Assembly: GCA_965216785.1 (NCBI GenBank)
Contig: OZ244197.1
Span: 2,880,001 to 2,944,000 of the forward strand
Origin: Thermodesulfobacteriota bacterium
Lineage (GTDB): Bacteria > Desulfobacterota_D > UBA1144 > Nemesobacterales > UBA2774
Direction: 5' to 3'
Length of the DNA: 64,000 bases
Shown here: piece by piece, positions 43,261-53,694 of the stretch
Position numbering within the stretch: position 1 is the first letter of the stretch
How the letters are laid out: each line of letters begins with the position of its first letter
Program-made: the position numbers and the translations under genes
Notes under the pieces: generated by a model
Databases searched by the model: none
What the model was told of the DNA's origin: nothing
Seen by the model: the letters and a program-made list of their open reading frames with translations, nothing else

Positions 43261-44148
43261 CTATTTTTCTTCTTCACTCTCTTCTGAAGCTTCTTCGGCC
43301 TGTTCAGGCTCTGCCTCTGCTGCTTCTTTTGTTTCCTCTACCTCTTTGGTTGGCTCAGAAACCTCTTGCGGAGCTTCGGCCGCCGCATCTTTAGTGTCTT
43401 CTACGGCTTGCGCTTCATCGGACGATCCCTCAGCTTCCTGGGAAGCCTCTTTACTCTCGTCCTCTGCTTGCTCAGGTTCCTGTGCCGGCTCTTCTGATGC
43501 AGCCTGGTCTTCTTTAGTTTCCTCAGGGGCCTCTTTAGCCTCTGGAGATTCCTGAGCCGCCTCTTCCTTAGCTTCTTTGGCTTCTTTTGCCGGCTCAGCC
43601 GCGGCTTGTGTGGCTTCTTTTTCGGGTTCTTCTTCTTTTGTAGCCTTTAGAGCTTCAAGCGCATAAAGGAGCTTCGTTTGCATTTGACTCAGCACACCTA
43701 CTACATTTGACATAGGAGCCTTCAATAGCCCCATAAACTCGGCGATGAGCTCTGGTCTTGAAGGAAGCTTCGAAAGCTCTGAAATAGCACTTGCATCCAT
43801 GACGCTTCCGTCTACAAAACCGCCCTTTACCTTTAGCATCGGGGCGTCTTTAATCGTATCGACGAAAACCTTTGCAACCGCGGTGGCATCGCTCTCACAT
43901 ATCGCAACCGCCGTAGGTCCCTCAAATAACTCATCTATCTTCTCAATATCAGTATCTTTGGCAGCTATCTTGAGAAGCGTGTTTTTAACAACCTTAAGCT
44001 CGGCCTGGGCATCGCGAACATCTTTTCTGAGCTTTTCCATCTCGTTTACGGTAAGCCCTTTATACTCAACGACCATCACAGACGAACTGGCTTTGAACGC
44101 TGCATTAAATTCCTTAATCTGTTGATCTTTAGCTGCTCTCGTTAACAT
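43261..44148 (-). CDS. rplJ: 50S ribosomal protein L10 with long acidic C-terminal extension
   Basis: YKGLTV, VVKNTLL, GPTAVA, LSKLPSR core of ~170 aa, then ~120 aa of Glu/Ala-rich sequence. Confidence 0.95.
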   Translation of the reverse strand: MLTRAAKDQQIKEFNAAFKASSSVMVVEYKGLTVNEMEKLRKDVRDAQAELKVVKNTLLKIAAKDTDIEKIDELFEGPTAVAICESDATAVAKVFVDTIKDAPMLKVKGGFVDGSVMDASAISELSKLPSRPELIAEFMGLLKAPMSNVVGVLSQMQTKLLYALEALKATKEEEPEKEATQAAAEPAKEAKEAKEEAAQESPEAKEAPEETKEDQAASEEPAQEPEQAEDESKEASQEAEGSSDEAQAVEDTKDAAAEAPQEVSEPTKEVEETKEAAEAEPEQAEEASEESEEEK

Positions 44149-44203
44149 TACTATCTCCTTAATAAACCGATACTAAATAACCCGGGAAATCAAAATATAA
44201 TAC

Positions 44204-44929
44204 CTATGCTGCGATTTGGAACCCTTTGAGTATTTCACGTACGTCAGAATAATCTATCTTTATACCCGGACCCATCGTATTTGAAACAGTTATTTTCCTT
44301 ACAAAAGTTCCCTTTGAAGACGAGGGCTTCATTTTTACAAGCGAGTCCATGAATACAAGGAAATTTTCCCTTAATTTATCCGCACCGAAAGAAACTTTAC
44401 CAAGCGGAGCATGTATAACGCCGCCTTTATCATTTTTCACTTCGATCCTACCCGCTTTTGCCTCTTTGACTGCATTATCTATCTCAAAAGTAACCGTACC
44501 CACCTTGGGAGTCGGCATAAGCCCTCTTGGCCCAAGCACCTTACCAAGCTTTGCAACCGTGCTCATAACATCAGGGGTAGCTATCGAAACATCGAAGTCA
44601 AGCCAGTTCTCTTTTGAGATTTTATCTATTAATTCTTCAAATCCTACATGATCAGCCCCAGCCGCTTTGGCTTCCTCAGCCTTGTCGCCTTTTGCGAAGA
44701 CCAGCACCCTTATGTCTTTTCCGATACCGTGCGGCAACACCATTCCGGTCCTGATCTGCTGGTTTGCCTGCCTAGGGTCAATACCTAGCTTGACAGACAC
44801 TTCAACGGTCTCATCAAACTTGGCAGTTTTCGTCTCTTCGATAAGTTTAATGGCTTCTGCAAGCTTGTAACTAGCTTTAGCGTCGACTAAACCGACTACA
44901 TCGTTATATTTTTTCCCTTTCTTCGCCAC
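44204..44929 (-). CDS. rplA: 50S ribosomal protein L1
   Basis: [25 protein letters not shown]. Confidence 0.98.
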   Translation of the reverse strand: MAKKGKKYNDVVGLVDAKASYKLAEAIKLIEETKTAKFDETVEVSVKLGIDPRQANQQIRTGMVLPHGIGKDIRVLVFAKGDKAEEAKAAGADHVGFEELIDKISKENWLDFDVSIATPDVMSTVAKLGKVLGPRGLMPTPKVGTVTFEIDNAVKEAKAGRIEVKNDKGGVIHAPLGKVSFGADKLRENFLVFMDSLVKMKPSSSKGTFVRKITVSNTMGPGIKIDYSDVREILKGFQIAA

Positions 44930-44972
44930 TTCTTATCTCCTTATTAGTGCAATCATAATTTCGTGATTCCAT

Positions 44973-45389
44973 TTAATTTACGTCAATTCCCATACTTCTG
45001 GCTGTTCCTTCAACGATCTTAGATGCAGCCTCAATACTGTCGGTATTCAGATCGGGGAGTTTGGTTTTGGCAATCTCCTCAACCTGAGACCTGGTAACTG
45101 CGCCCGCTTTCACTTTGGGCACCTCACCCGAGCCTTTTTGTATATTCGCAGCCTTTTTAAGTAAATAAGAAACCGGCGGCGTCTTAACAATAAAGGAAAA
45201 TGATTTGTCGACATAAACCGTTACCGTTACAGGCAAAAGCCCTTCCATCTTGGAGGTCTCAGCGTTAAACGCTTTACAGAACTCCATGATATTCACACCG
45301 CGCTGTCCGAGCGCAGGCCCTACGGGCGGGGAAGGAGTCGCTTTACCCGCATCTACCAGAAGTTTTATATATCCGTCTATCTTCTTCAT
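44973..45389 (-). CDS. rplK: 50S ribosomal protein L11
   Basis: [26 protein letters not shown]. Confidence 0.98.
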   Translation of the reverse strand: MKKIDGYIKLLVDAGKATPSPPVGPALGQRGVNIMEFCKAFNAETSKMEGLLPVTVTVYVDKSFSFIVKTPPVSYLLKKAANIQKGSGEVPKVKAGAVTRSQVEEIAKTKLPDLNTDSIEAASKIVEGTARSMGIDVN

Positions 45390-45390
45390 A

Positions 45391-45948
45391 CTAAATCTTC
45401 TCCACTTGATTGAAATCCAGCTCTATTGGCGTTGTTCTCCCGAATATGGTTACAAGCACCTGCACTTTTGCTTTATCAGGCCTCACTTCCTCTATCACTC
45501 CAGAGAAATTGGCAAACGGACCTTCAATGACTTTAACAGTCTCGCCTCTTTCAAAAGTGATCTTCGGTTTGGGCTTTAACGTGCCCTCTTCTATCTGCTT
45601 CTTTATCTTCTGTACTTCCTGCTCCTGTATATCGGGAACCGAGTCCGGATCTATAATGCCGTCCTTTATCTTTCCCCCTACAAAACCTATTACTTTAGGA
45701 ATATTTCTTATGAAGTGCCAACTTCTGTCGTTAAGCTCCATTTTTACCAATATATATCCCGGGAAGAACTTTCTTACAGACGTCTTTTTCTTCCCGCCCT
45801 TAATGGGTTCCACTATAGTTTCTGTCGGGACAAGCACTTCATATACCTGGTCCTGAAACCCCTCAGGAACCAACCTGTCCTCGATATATGACTTTACCCT
45901 GTCCTCAAAACCCGTATTCGTATGTACCACGTACCACCTGTCGGCCAT
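45391..45948 (-). CDS. nusG: Transcription antitermination factor NusG
   Basis: [31 protein letters not shown]. Confidence 0.97.
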   Translation of the reverse strand: MADRWYVVHTNTGFEDRVKSYIEDRLVPEGFQDQVYEVLVPTETIVEPIKGGKKKTSVRKFFPGYILVKMELNDRSWHFIRNIPKVIGFVGGKIKDGIIDPDSVPDIQEQEVQKIKKQIEEGTLKPKPKITFERGETVKVIEGPFANFSGVIEEVRPDKAKVQVLVTIFGRTTPIELDFNQVEKI

Positions 45949-45974
45949 AAATTTAAACTCTCTCCGTTTCTCGA

Positions 45975-46178
45975 TTAACCCAATATAAACCTAACTATGT
46001 ATGAAAAAGTGAAGTCTACAAGACCTAAAAAAGCTGCAAATACGCCTGATATAACGACTACGGCTAATGTTGACTTCACGGCTTCTGGCCTGGATGGCCA
46101 CGTTATGCGCTTGGCCTCAGTCTCAATATCCTTAGCGTATTGCGTAGTATACTCGGTAAGCTCACTTATTTTACTCAT
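45975..46178 (-). CDS. secE: Preprotein translocase SecE
   Basis: EAKRITWPS plus one TM helix; canonical position before nusG. Confidence 0.93.
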   Translation of the reverse strand: MSKISELTEYTTQYAKDIETEAKRITWPSRPEAVKSTLAVVVISGVFAAFLGLVDFTFSYIVRFILG

Positions 46179-46226
46179 AATGTATTTCCCAAGTTCACAA
46201 ATTTATCCCATGAATCTATTCATATA

Positions 46227-46300
46227 CAGGGCAGGAGGGAATCGAACCCCCAACCGCTGGTTTTGGAGACCAGTGCTCTACCTAATTGAGCTACTGCCCT
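46227..46300 (-). tRNA. tRNA-Trp(CCA)
   Basis: AGGGCAGTAGCTCAA...CTGGTCTCCAAAACCAG...GGTTCGATTCC...GCCCTG; 3' CCA not encoded. Confidence 0.95.
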
Positions 46301-46315
46301 TCACTAATATTCCCG

Positions 46316-46474
46316 CTACTTCGTTTCCTTATGAAGTATATGGCGTCTGCACCATCTGCAATATTTTTTAAGCTCGATCTTCTCGCGGTGAGTCTGCTTA
46401 TTCTTTATAGTTGAATAGTTTCTTCTCTTGCACTCATCGCAAGCAAGCGTTACGACTACTGTATTATCGCCCAT
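46316..46474 (-). CDS. rpmG: 50S ribosomal protein L33 (zinc-ribbon C+ form; absent from the ORF track)
   Basis: Hand translation: [52 protein letters not shown] (52 aa). Confidence 0.95.
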   Translation of the reverse strand: MGDNTVVVTLACDECKRRNYSTIKNKQTHREKIELKKYCRWCRRHILHKETK

Positions 46475-46484
46475 ATCCTAATTT

Positions 46485-47669
46485 CTACTCCGTAATTTTA
46501 GTAACAACACCAGCGCCAACGGTTCTTCCGCCTTCGCGGATAGCGAAGCGAAGCTGCTCTTCCATCGCCACAGGCGCTATAAGCTCTACATCCATGTTTA
46601 TGTTATCCCCGGGCATTACCATCTCAACTCCCTCTGGAAGCACTATCGATCCCGTCACGTCCGTTGTCCTTAAGTAAAACTGCGGACGGTATCCAGGGAA
46701 AAACGGCGTATGCCTTCCACCCTCTTCTTTCTTAAGCACATAAACCTCTGCCTTAAACTTCGCATGAGGTGTAATGCTCCCGGGTTTTGACAGTACCTGC
46801 CCTCTTTCCACATCGTCTTTTCCCGTACCCCTCAGAAGCACTCCTACGTTGTCCCCGGCTATCGCGTCGTCAAGTATCTTCCTGAACATCTCAAGGCTCG
46901 TGGCAACCGTCTTCTGCGTCTCCCCAAAACCTACTATCTCCACCTCGTCTCCGCCTACGATCTTCCCTCTCTCAACTCTTCCCGTTACAACCGTTCCCCT
47001 ACCGGAGATAGTGAACACGTCCTCTATCGCCATCAAGAAAGGCTTGTCCATGTCCCTTACCGGCTCTGGAATGTAGCTGTCTACCGCGTTCATCAGCTCA
47101 AGTATCTGCTGCTCTGCGGCCGCGTCCTCTTCTAGAGCTTTAAGCGCGCTTACCCTTACTACAGGGATATCGTCCCCAGGGAAGCCGTACTGGCTAAGGA
47201 GGTCCCTTACCTCAAGCTCTACCAAATCTAGTAATTCTTCGTCGTCCATCATATCTACTTTATTAAGCGCTACAACTATATAAGGCACTCCAACCTGGCG
47301 TGCAAGAAGTATGTGCTCACGTGTCTGTGGCATCGGGCCGTCAGGGGCGCTTACCACCAATATCGCGCCGTCCATCTGCGCAGCTCCGGTGATCATGTTC
47401 TTTACATAGTCCGCGTGACCGGGGCAGTCTACGTGCGCGTAGTGCCGGGTCTCTGTCTCGTACTCTACGTGGGCGATGTTTATTGTGATTCCGCGCTCTT
47501 TCTCTTCAGGGGCTTTGTCTATGTCCGCAAACTCCACGAACGCCGCCTGTCCGGCTTTCTCCAAAACCTTTGTTATCGCTGCCGTGAGCGTCGTCTTCCC
47601 GTGGTCTACGTGACCTATCGTCCCTATGTTTAAGTGCGGCTTGCCCCGCTCAAATTTCTCTTTTGACAT
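46485..47669 (-). CDS. tuf: Elongation factor Tu
   Basis: [28 protein letters not shown]. Confidence 0.99.
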   Translation of the reverse strand: MSKEKFERGKPHLNIGTIGHVDHGKTTLTAAITKVLEKAGQAAFVEFADIDKAPEEKERGITINIAHVEYETETRHYAHVDCPGHADYVKNMITGAAQMDGAILVVSAPDGPMPQTREHILLARQVGVPYIVVALNKVDMMDDEELLDLVELEVRDLLSQYGFPGDDIPVVRVSALKALEEDAAAEQQILELMNAVDSYIPEPVRDMDKPFLMAIEDVFTISGRGTVVTGRVERGKIVGGDEVEIVGFGETQKTVATSLEMFRKILDDAIAGDNVGVLLRGTGKDDVERGQVLSKPGSITPHAKFKAEVYVLKKEEGGRHTPFFPGYRPQFYLRTTDVTGSIVLPEGVEMVMPGDNINMDVELIAPVAMEEQLRFAIREGGRTVGAGVVTKITE

Positions 47670-47731
47670 CGATTGCCTCCTTTATATTGCCTCCTGAGAG
47701 TATTTAGAAACAAACAATTTTTTGTAAAATA

Positions 47732-47807
47732 TGGAGCCCACGAGCGGACTTGAACCGCTGACCTCATCCTTACCAAGGATGTGCTCTACCGGCTGAGCTA
47801 CGTGGGC
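47732..47807 (-). tRNA. tRNA-Thr(GGT)
   Basis: GCCCACGTAGCTCAG...CATCCTTGGTAAGGATG...GTGGGCTCCA. Confidence 0.96.
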
Positions 47808-47820
47808 CAAGCTCTTTATG

Positions 47821-47894
47821 AGCGGGAGACGGGATTCGAACCCGCGACCCTCAGCTTGGAAGGCTGATGCTCTAGCCAACTGAGCTACTCCCGC
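47821..47894 (-). tRNA. tRNA-Gly(TCC)
   Basis: GCGGGAGTAGCTCAG...TCAGCCTTCCAAGCTGA...TCCCGCT; CCA not encoded. Confidence 0.96.
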
Positions 47895-47988
47895 TAAAAC
47901 AGCATTAGCATTTCGAACCATCCAATAATATAGGTAAGACAAAGATCTCCAAGGCAAAGTAACCATAGCATTTCGTATCAAATTATTT

Positions 47989-48071
47989 TGGGGAGGGCAG
48001 GATTCGAACCTACGTAGGCTTGCACCGGCAGATTTACAGTCTGCTGCTTTTGACCACTCAGCCACCTCCCC
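47989..48071 (-). tRNA. tRNA-Tyr(GTA)
   Basis: GGGGAGGTGGCTGAGTGG...GCAGACTGTAAATCTGC, long variable arm, GGTTCGAATCC; CCA not encoded. Confidence 0.96.
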
Positions 48072-48134
48072 TATAGGTACGTATGTTAATATTTGCATCT
48101 GATGCATTTTATATACCAGTGTAATTTATATAGC

Positions 48135-48209
48135 TGGAGCTGGCGAAGGGATTTGAACCCCCGGCCTGCTGATTACAAATCAGCTGCTCTACCACTGAGC
48201 TACGCCAGC
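48135..48209 (-). tRNA. tRNA-Thr(TGT)
   Basis: GCTGGCGTAGCTCAG...GCTGATTTGTAATCAGC...GCCAGCTCCA. Confidence 0.96.
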
Positions 48210-48291
48210 AATTTAAAATTTATTGATTATTTACTATGGAATCTCCATCTAATAAATTAGATATAACTCGACCGCATATTAGAAACTATCT

Positions 48292-48321
48292 ATTTTAACA
48301 CAGGTATTCCGATACTGTCAA
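48292..48321 (-). promoter_or_regulatory. sigma-70 promoter of the tRNA-tuf operon
   Basis: TTGACA-N18-TAAAAT with extended -10 TG. Confidence 0.65.
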
Positions 48322-48338
48322 TACTAGAAGCTGTAAAA

Positions 48339-48776
48339 TTAGTAAAGAGATACTATAATCTCGGCTTCCGCGGCCTTGTCATCATTTACAAAAGCCTCTG
48401 CACTAAATCTAATGATTCTAGAGCGCTTTCTTTGAATGCTTACATCCATTTTTATGAGATCTCCGGGCCTGACTACCTGTCTGAACCTAACTTTTTCAAG
48501 ACCTGCCAGATACGCCCCTGTAAGACCCTCAGCCTCAAGCTCCTCGGTGAACGAATAGTATACCAGAACGCCGCCTGTCTGAGCCAGCGCTTCTACAATT
48601 AATACTCCTGGAACTATCGGATTTCCGGGAAAATGACCCTTAAAGAACTCCTCTTCGGGCCCGAATGTTCTTTGGGCTACGATTCTTGATCCCTTCTCAA
48701 GCTCAATTACCTTGTCTACAAAGAGAAAGGGATCCCTGTGCGGAATATAGTTCTTTATTTCATCTCTTTCAATCAA
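48339..48776 (-). CDS. fabZ: 3-hydroxyacyl-ACP dehydratase
   Basis: IPHRDPFLFVD, FFKGHFP..PIVPGVLIVEALAQ. Confidence 0.95.
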   Translation of the reverse strand: MIERDEIKNYIPHRDPFLFVDKVIELEKGSRIVAQRTFGPEEEFFKGHFPGNPIVPGVLIVEALAQTGGVLVYYSFTEELEAEGLTGAYLAGLEKVRFRQVVRPGDLIKMDVSIQRKRSRIIRFSAEAFVNDDKAAEAEIIVSLY

Positions 48777-48815
48777 CTTAACAAACCTCTTGTTGATAAT
48801 AACGGGCTATATGCG

Positions 48816-49322
48816 CTAATTTTTAGCATCATACGCCTGAATAACCTGCTGAGTTATATCAGCGCTCGGCTCTCCGTAAACAAGCGCATCAGAGCTGAGT
48901 ATAAGAGTATATCCACCGGCTTTCCCTATGGACTGGAGCACTGTTTCCAAATCCTTAACGATGCTTTGCATAAGCTCAAAATCCCTTTTCTGCAGATCAT
49001 CTCTGAAGTCAGCGCGCGTTCTGTTTAACTCCTTATCAAGTTTCTCAATTTGATCGGCTTTCTGGAGCCTTGTGGTTTCGTTCATAGCGGGACCTTGCTG
49101 AACAAAATCACTGCGGAGTCTCTCTAGCTGAGCACGCTTACTCTCTATAATCTGCTGCTTTCGCTGTATTTCGCTCTCAAAAGAAGCTTTAGCGGCTTTT
49201 CCAGCTTTAGAGTCCCTAATTACACGCTGAATGTCTATAAAAGCCAGCTTATTACCCTGCGCATAGGCAGAGCCTGAAACAAACAACAATAAACCCAATA
49301 TAATAAGTGATACTCGCATCAT
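48816..49322 (-). CDS. skp: Periplasmic chaperone Skp/OmpH
   Basis: Signal peptide, KLAFIDIQRV, coiled coil, DITQQVI; follows bamA. Confidence 0.9.
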   Translation of the reverse strand: MMRVSLIILGLLLFVSGSAYAQGNKLAFIDIQRVIRDSKAGKAAKASFESEIQRKQQIIESKRAQLERLRSDFVQQGPAMNETTRLQKADQIEKLDKELNRTRADFRDDLQKRDFELMQSIVKDLETVLQSIGKAGGYTLILSSDALVYGEPSADITQQVIQAYDAKN

Positions 49323-49337
49323 AAACCTCCTTGATTT

Positions 49338-51737
49338 TTAGAATAATGTTCCTACAGTAAACTGAATTTCATACGACTTTTCACCTGGCAGTCTGTCACT
49401 GATCGGGAATCCGACTTCCAGCCTAAGCGGCCCCAGAGGAGATACCCACCTGACACCGAAACCAACGTCGGATCTTAGATCAGCCGGATTAATGGTCAAA
49501 TCCTCACCATCGTTAAACGCGTTACCCGTATCAAAAAACAAGACCCCCCTGAGCCCTGCTCTGGGAAGAATCGGGAATACGAAATCCGCTGTTACCAATA
49601 GCTCCTGAACACCACCGATGATAACGAAATCTCCGTCAGCAGTTGGCACTCTAGGCCCTACTCTCCTGAAACCGTAACCCCTTAGAGAATTAGGTCCTCC
49701 GAGAAAGAACCTTTCGCCCACGACCAGATCGTTACCGTTGTTCCTGAGATTAATCAACCCGTAACGGCCTCTGAAAGAGAACACGGTTCCCAGATAGAAC
49801 GGAACCCATTGTCTTGAGGAAATAGTATATTTAATAAAATCGGTATTTCCACCAAAGGGCGTGCCTGCAAATTCAAGATTGGTCCTTGTAAGGTTCCCAC
49901 GGGTCGGATCGAGTAGGTTATTTCTGGAATCCCATCTTAAACCAAAACCCAAGCTACTTATAGTTCGTTTCTCTTTCGTAAGAATAAGCCTTGCTTCGTC
50001 GTCTATGTCTCCAATATCAAGACTCTCAAGCCTGTAAGTTATTGTACCGTAGAGCTGTCTCCACAATCTACGTCCAACAGTCAGACTTCCACCGAAGGAT
50101 TTCCTATCGAAATCCCTGAATCTCCTATCTGTTCTGAATATAAGCGCGTCTAGAGTCCAGTCTGTGTCAAATAAGTGAGGGTCCTGATAATTTAAGAAGA
50201 ACAGCTGAGTCACACCCCCGATCTGGGCGTTAAAAGAGACTCTCTTTCCGGTTCCAAAAAGGTTGGCTTCCTGTATCTGCCCAGCAAAAATGAATGTTTC
50301 CACAGAGCTGAAACCTCCGGCGACGCTAAAGAACCCTGTAGATTTCTCCTCAACTCTGACTTTTAAATCCAGCTCGTCCTCATCACCCGGCACTCGCTCT
50401 GATACTACTTCAACATTTTCTTCAAAGAAGCCCAGCCTGGTAACCCTTGAGCGGATTGCATCTACCTGTGAAGCGTTAAAAAGCCGTTCCTCCTGAATAG
50501 GTATTTCTCTCCTGATAACCCCGTCCCGGGTTCTTGTGTTTCCTACAATATCAATATTTCTTATGTAAACCTCAGGTCCCTTTTCTACCGCAAACCTTAT
50601 ATCCACCGTGAGGTTCTCTCTGTCAAGATTAAAAGCGGGCTCGACGTTTGCGAACGCATACCCCTTATTGCCGTAAAATGTTGTGAGTCCCGAAATATCC
50701 TCGGCCAGGAAGCTGCCTCTGAATATCTTCCCGCTCTTTAGCTTTAATAGCGCTGTGAGCTCTTCTTCAGGCACGAGAAGATCTCCTGTAAACGAGAGGT
50801 CTTTTACAGTAAATTGATCACCCTCTTCAACCCTGAACGTAACTATGTATCCCTTTTTCTCATCGCTATATACGATCTCAGGCTTTGCAACTTTAGCGTC
50901 GAGAAAACCGTTATCGATATAGGTTGCCCTTATCCTTTCCGAATCGTTCTCAATTTCCCTCTGGTTATAAAGTCCCTTTCCTGAAAGAAATGAGAACATG
51001 CCTTTTGGTTTTGCGTACAGGCCCTCTCTCACAGTTTTAGTTTTAAGTTTTTCGTTGCCTAAAATATTGACTTGTTTTACGTAAGCTTTTTTCCCCTCTT
51101 TAATATTAAAGGTAACACTTACAGTGCCTTCTCCCTCGGGCTCGATATCATAGCTTACATCGGTGCCAACCAAGCCTTTTTCGGAATACAGGGTTTTTAT
51201 GATCTCAACGCTTTTCTGAACCTTGTTAAGATCAATTATCCTGCCCTCTTTAACTTCTATAACTTCGAGGATATCCGGGCTCTTTATATCTTTATTGCCC
51301 CTTATCCTAAGGTCTACGACCACGGGCTTTTCCTTGACGTTAAAAGTAAGGACCACCCCTGTTGGCGTTCTGTCTACTTCTGCTCTTACGTCCTCGAAAA
51401 ATCCTAATTTATAGATTTTCTTTATGTCTTCCCGAACCGAAGCCCCGCTTAGCGGCTGGCCTATCTGAGAAGATAGGTTCAGGGTTATAAGCTCTTTTTC
51501 CACCCTCACATTGCCTTTTACGTCGATATCAATTACCTTGACATCTTCACCCACATCTTGAATTTCGGAGGACCCATCCCCCTCTTCGGTAATTATTTCC
51601 TCACCGGGCTTCTGCACGACACTGTCTTCTTGTCCCAAGACCGAGACTGAGCCCGAGACCAAAACCATTATCAAAATTACCAATCCAAAAGATAGGTGTA
51701 TTTGAGCAATATTAATTCGCTTCAACAATTTTTCCAT
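49338..51737 (-). CDS. bamA: Outer membrane assembly factor BamA
   Basis: POTRA repeats (GNVRV, GNTRTRDGVIRRE), FFLGGPNSLRGY, WVSPLGPL, terminal Phe. Confidence 0.96.
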   Translation of the reverse strand: MEKLLKRINIAQIHLSFGLVILIMVLVSGSVSVLGQEDSVVQKPGEEIITEEGDGSSEIQDVGEDVKVIDIDVKGNVRVEKELITLNLSSQIGQPLSGASVREDIKKIYKLGFFEDVRAEVDRTPTGVVLTFNVKEKPVVVDLRIRGNKDIKSPDILEVIEVKEGRIIDLNKVQKSVEIIKTLYSEKGLVGTDVSYDIEPEGEGTVSVTFNIKEGKKAYVKQVNILGNEKLKTKTVREGLYAKPKGMFSFLSGKGLYNQREIENDSERIRATYIDNGFLDAKVAKPEIVYSDEKKGYIVTFRVEEGDQFTVKDLSFTGDLLVPEEELTALLKLKSGKIFRGSFLAEDISGLTTFYGNKGYAFANVEPAFNLDRENLTVDIRFAVEKGPEVYIRNIDIVGNTRTRDGVIRREIPIQEERLFNASQVDAIRSRVTRLGFFEENVEVVSERVPGDEDELDLKVRVEEKSTGFFSVAGGFSSVETFIFAGQIQEANLFGTGKRVSFNAQIGGVTQLFFLNYQDPHLFDTDWTLDALIFRTDRRFRDFDRKSFGGSLTVGRRLWRQLYGTITYRLESLDIGDIDDEARLILTKEKRTISSLGFGLRWDSRNNLLDPTRGNLTRTNLEFAGTPFGGNTDFIKYTISSRQWVPFYLGTVFSFRGRYGLINLRNNGNDLVVGERFFLGGPNSLRGYGFRRVGPRVPTADGDFVIIGGVQELLVTADFVFPILPRAGLRGVLFFDTGNAFNDGEDLTINPADLRSDVGFGVRWVSPLGPLRLEVGFPISDRLPGEKSYEIQFTVGTLF

Positions 51738-52386
51738 CAGAGAGTTTGATTCTCCTATTTAGCCTGTTGGCAATTTCCAGATTGTGTGTAACAAGGACAG
51801 ATGAAATTCCGTATTCGTTGTTTAGCATCATAAATAAATCAAGCACATGCGCCCCGGTTTCCATATCGAGATTACCCGTTGGCTCATCGGCTAAGATCAC
51901 TTTAGGCTTCATAACAACGGCTCTTGCAATGGCAACCCTTTGCTGCTCTCCTCCCGAAAGCTCTCCCGGGCGGTGCTCCAGCCTTTCTTTAAGTCCTACT
52001 TTAGTCAGCAGATCACGTGCCAAAGCCTCTGCTTCCTCTGTTACCACACCGTTTATAAGAGCTGGCATCATAACATTTTCTAACGCAGTGAACTCGGCTA
52101 GTAGATAGTGGAATTGAAATACAAAACCAATCTCCGTGTTTCTAAACACCGAAAGCTCGCTGTCAGATTTCTCAAAAATATTTTCATCCGCAAAAAATAT
52201 TTCGCCTTCCGTAGGTCTTTCCAAAGTACCCAGCAAATGTAAAAGCGTACTTTTCCCTGACCCCGAAACACCTACCACGGCAAGTGTTTCTTTATCCGCT
52301 ATATCAAGATCTATACCCCTTAGAGCCTCTACTTTGCCACCTACGGTCTCAAACACTTTCCATAAACCTCGTACTCGAATCTGCAT
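51712..52386 (-). CDS. lolD: Lipoprotein-releasing ABC ATPase
   Basis: GVSGSGKST, GFVFQFHYLL, LSGGEQQR, DEPTGNLD. Confidence 0.92.
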   Translation of the reverse strand: MQIRVRGLWKVFETVGGKVEALRGIDLDIADKETLAVVGVSGSGKSTLLHLLGTLERPTEGEIFFADENIFEKSDSELSVFRNTEIGFVFQFHYLLAEFTALENVMMPALINGVVTEEAEALARDLLTKVGLKERLEHRPGELSGGEQQRVAIARAVVMKPKVILADEPTGNLDMETGAHVLDLFMMLNNEYGISSVLVTHNLEIANRLNRRIKLSDGKIVEAN

Positions 52387-52389
52387 TTG

Positions 52390-53694
52390 TTATTCGTACC
52401 TTAATGCCTCAATCGGATCTTTTCGAGACGCTTGATACGACGGATATAAAGTTGCCACAAAACATATCAATATGCTGAAGAATGCAACAAGTAAAAAATA
52501 AAACGGTTCAATTCTAACCGGAAACTCGGAAATAGGATAGACATTATTATCAAAAGGAATAAGTCCTCTTATAGTATCGTTGGTTTTTAAGAGATAGCAG
52601 AACCCGAATCCAGCGAGTGTTCCCAGAATTGTACCTATGGTTCCGATGATCATTCCGTCTATTATAAAAATCTTTAGAATCCCTTTTCTTGTAGCGCCCA
52701 TGGCGCGCAGTATAGCTATATCCTTTCCTTTTTCCATAACCACCATTGTCAGCGTGCTGACAATGTCTAGCGCAGCCACAAGTACAATAAACCCAAGAAA
52801 TATTCCTATTGCTATCCTCTCTAACCTAAGAGCTTTGAAAAGGCTCTGATTTACCTCTTCCCAGTTTCTTGCGTAATATGGGAAGCCCAATACCGAGGCA
52901 AGCTCCTGACCGAGAGTTTTAGCTGCATATATATCCTCAACCTTTATCTCCACTCCCGACACTTGCTCCTTCATATCGAAGAAATCCATAGCGTCCGGCA
53001 AGTTGATGTAAGAGATAGAAGAATCGTACTCTATCATACCGTAATTGAATATTCCTATAACTTCAAACTTTTTAACTTTAGCGGTGGGTCCAAAGGGACC
53101 CATTTTTCCGAACGGAGAAACCAGGCTCACCAAGTCACCTTCGACAATACCAAGTGTAGACGCAAGCTCCTTGCCGATTAATATCGGTGGTTTTTCACTC
53201 TGAGTTTCTTGAGAGAGTTTCCCCAGAATTTCCTTTCCAATCTCACTTAGCTGCTTATCTTTTATTCTCTCGCCGTCTTTGACTCCCAGAGCGCCCCTGC
53301 CCAGAGCCTGTTCGATATTGGTTACTGAGCCCGCGCTTTTCGTATCTATGCCCCTTATAACCGAGCCCGAAACACTCCTTTCGCTTCCGATCATTCCCTG
53401 GCCGTATATAAAGGGACTTGCTCCCAATACCCCTGGGAATTCGAGCGCGTCTTCTTTAACTTCCTCGTAATCACTCATCGGCCCTTCATAGCTAAGAATG
53501 ACAACATGGGAGCTGACTCCAAGGATTTTATCCCTGAGCTCATCCTCAAACCCGCCCATAACCGACAGCACGACGTTAAGAGCCATTACACCAATGAACA
53601 CACCGAGCACAGAAATAAAACCTATAATGGAGGTAAACTTCTGCTTTCTCCGCGAGCTCAGATATCTAAGTCCTATAAAAAATTCGTATTTCAT
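52390..53694 (-). CDS. lolE: Lipoprotein-releasing permease LolC/E
   Basis: [33 protein letters not shown]. Confidence 0.9.
   Translation of the reverse strand: MKYEFFIGLRYLSSRRKQKFTSIIGFISVLGVFIGVMALNVVLSVMGGFEDELRDKILGVSSHVVILSYEGPMSDYEEVKEDALEFPGVLGASPFIYGQGMIGSERSVSGSVIRGIDTKSAGSVTNIEQALGRGALGVKDGERIKDKQLSEIGKEILGKLSQETQSEKPPILIGKELASTLGIVEGDLVSLVSPFGKMGPFGPTAKVKKFEVIGIFNYGMIEYDSSISYINLPDAMDFFDMKEQVSGVEIKVEDIYAAKTLGQELASVLGFPYYARNWEEVNQSLFKALRLERIAIGIFLGFIVLVAALDIVSTLTMVVMEKGKDIAILRAMGATRKGILKIFIIDGMIIGTIGTILGTLAGFGFCYLLKTNDTIRGLIPFDNNVYPISEFPVRIEPFYFLLVAFFSILICFVATLYPSYQASRKDPIEALRYE

Noticed and set aside
43261-43640. Repetitive DNA as a possible CRISPR array or VNTR
   Set aside because: Irregular codon-level repeats of the acidic L10 tail; no constant repeat-spacer period and no cas genes.
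45997-46371. 124-aa plus-strand ORF
   Set aside because: Antisense to secE, tRNA-Trp and rpmG.
47905-47976. TAGCATTTCG direct repeat between tRNA-Gly and tRNA-Tyr
   Set aside because: Only two 10-nt copies; at most a spacer duplication remnant.
47682-48107. 141-aa minus-strand ORF
   Set aside because: It runs across three tRNA genes; spurious.
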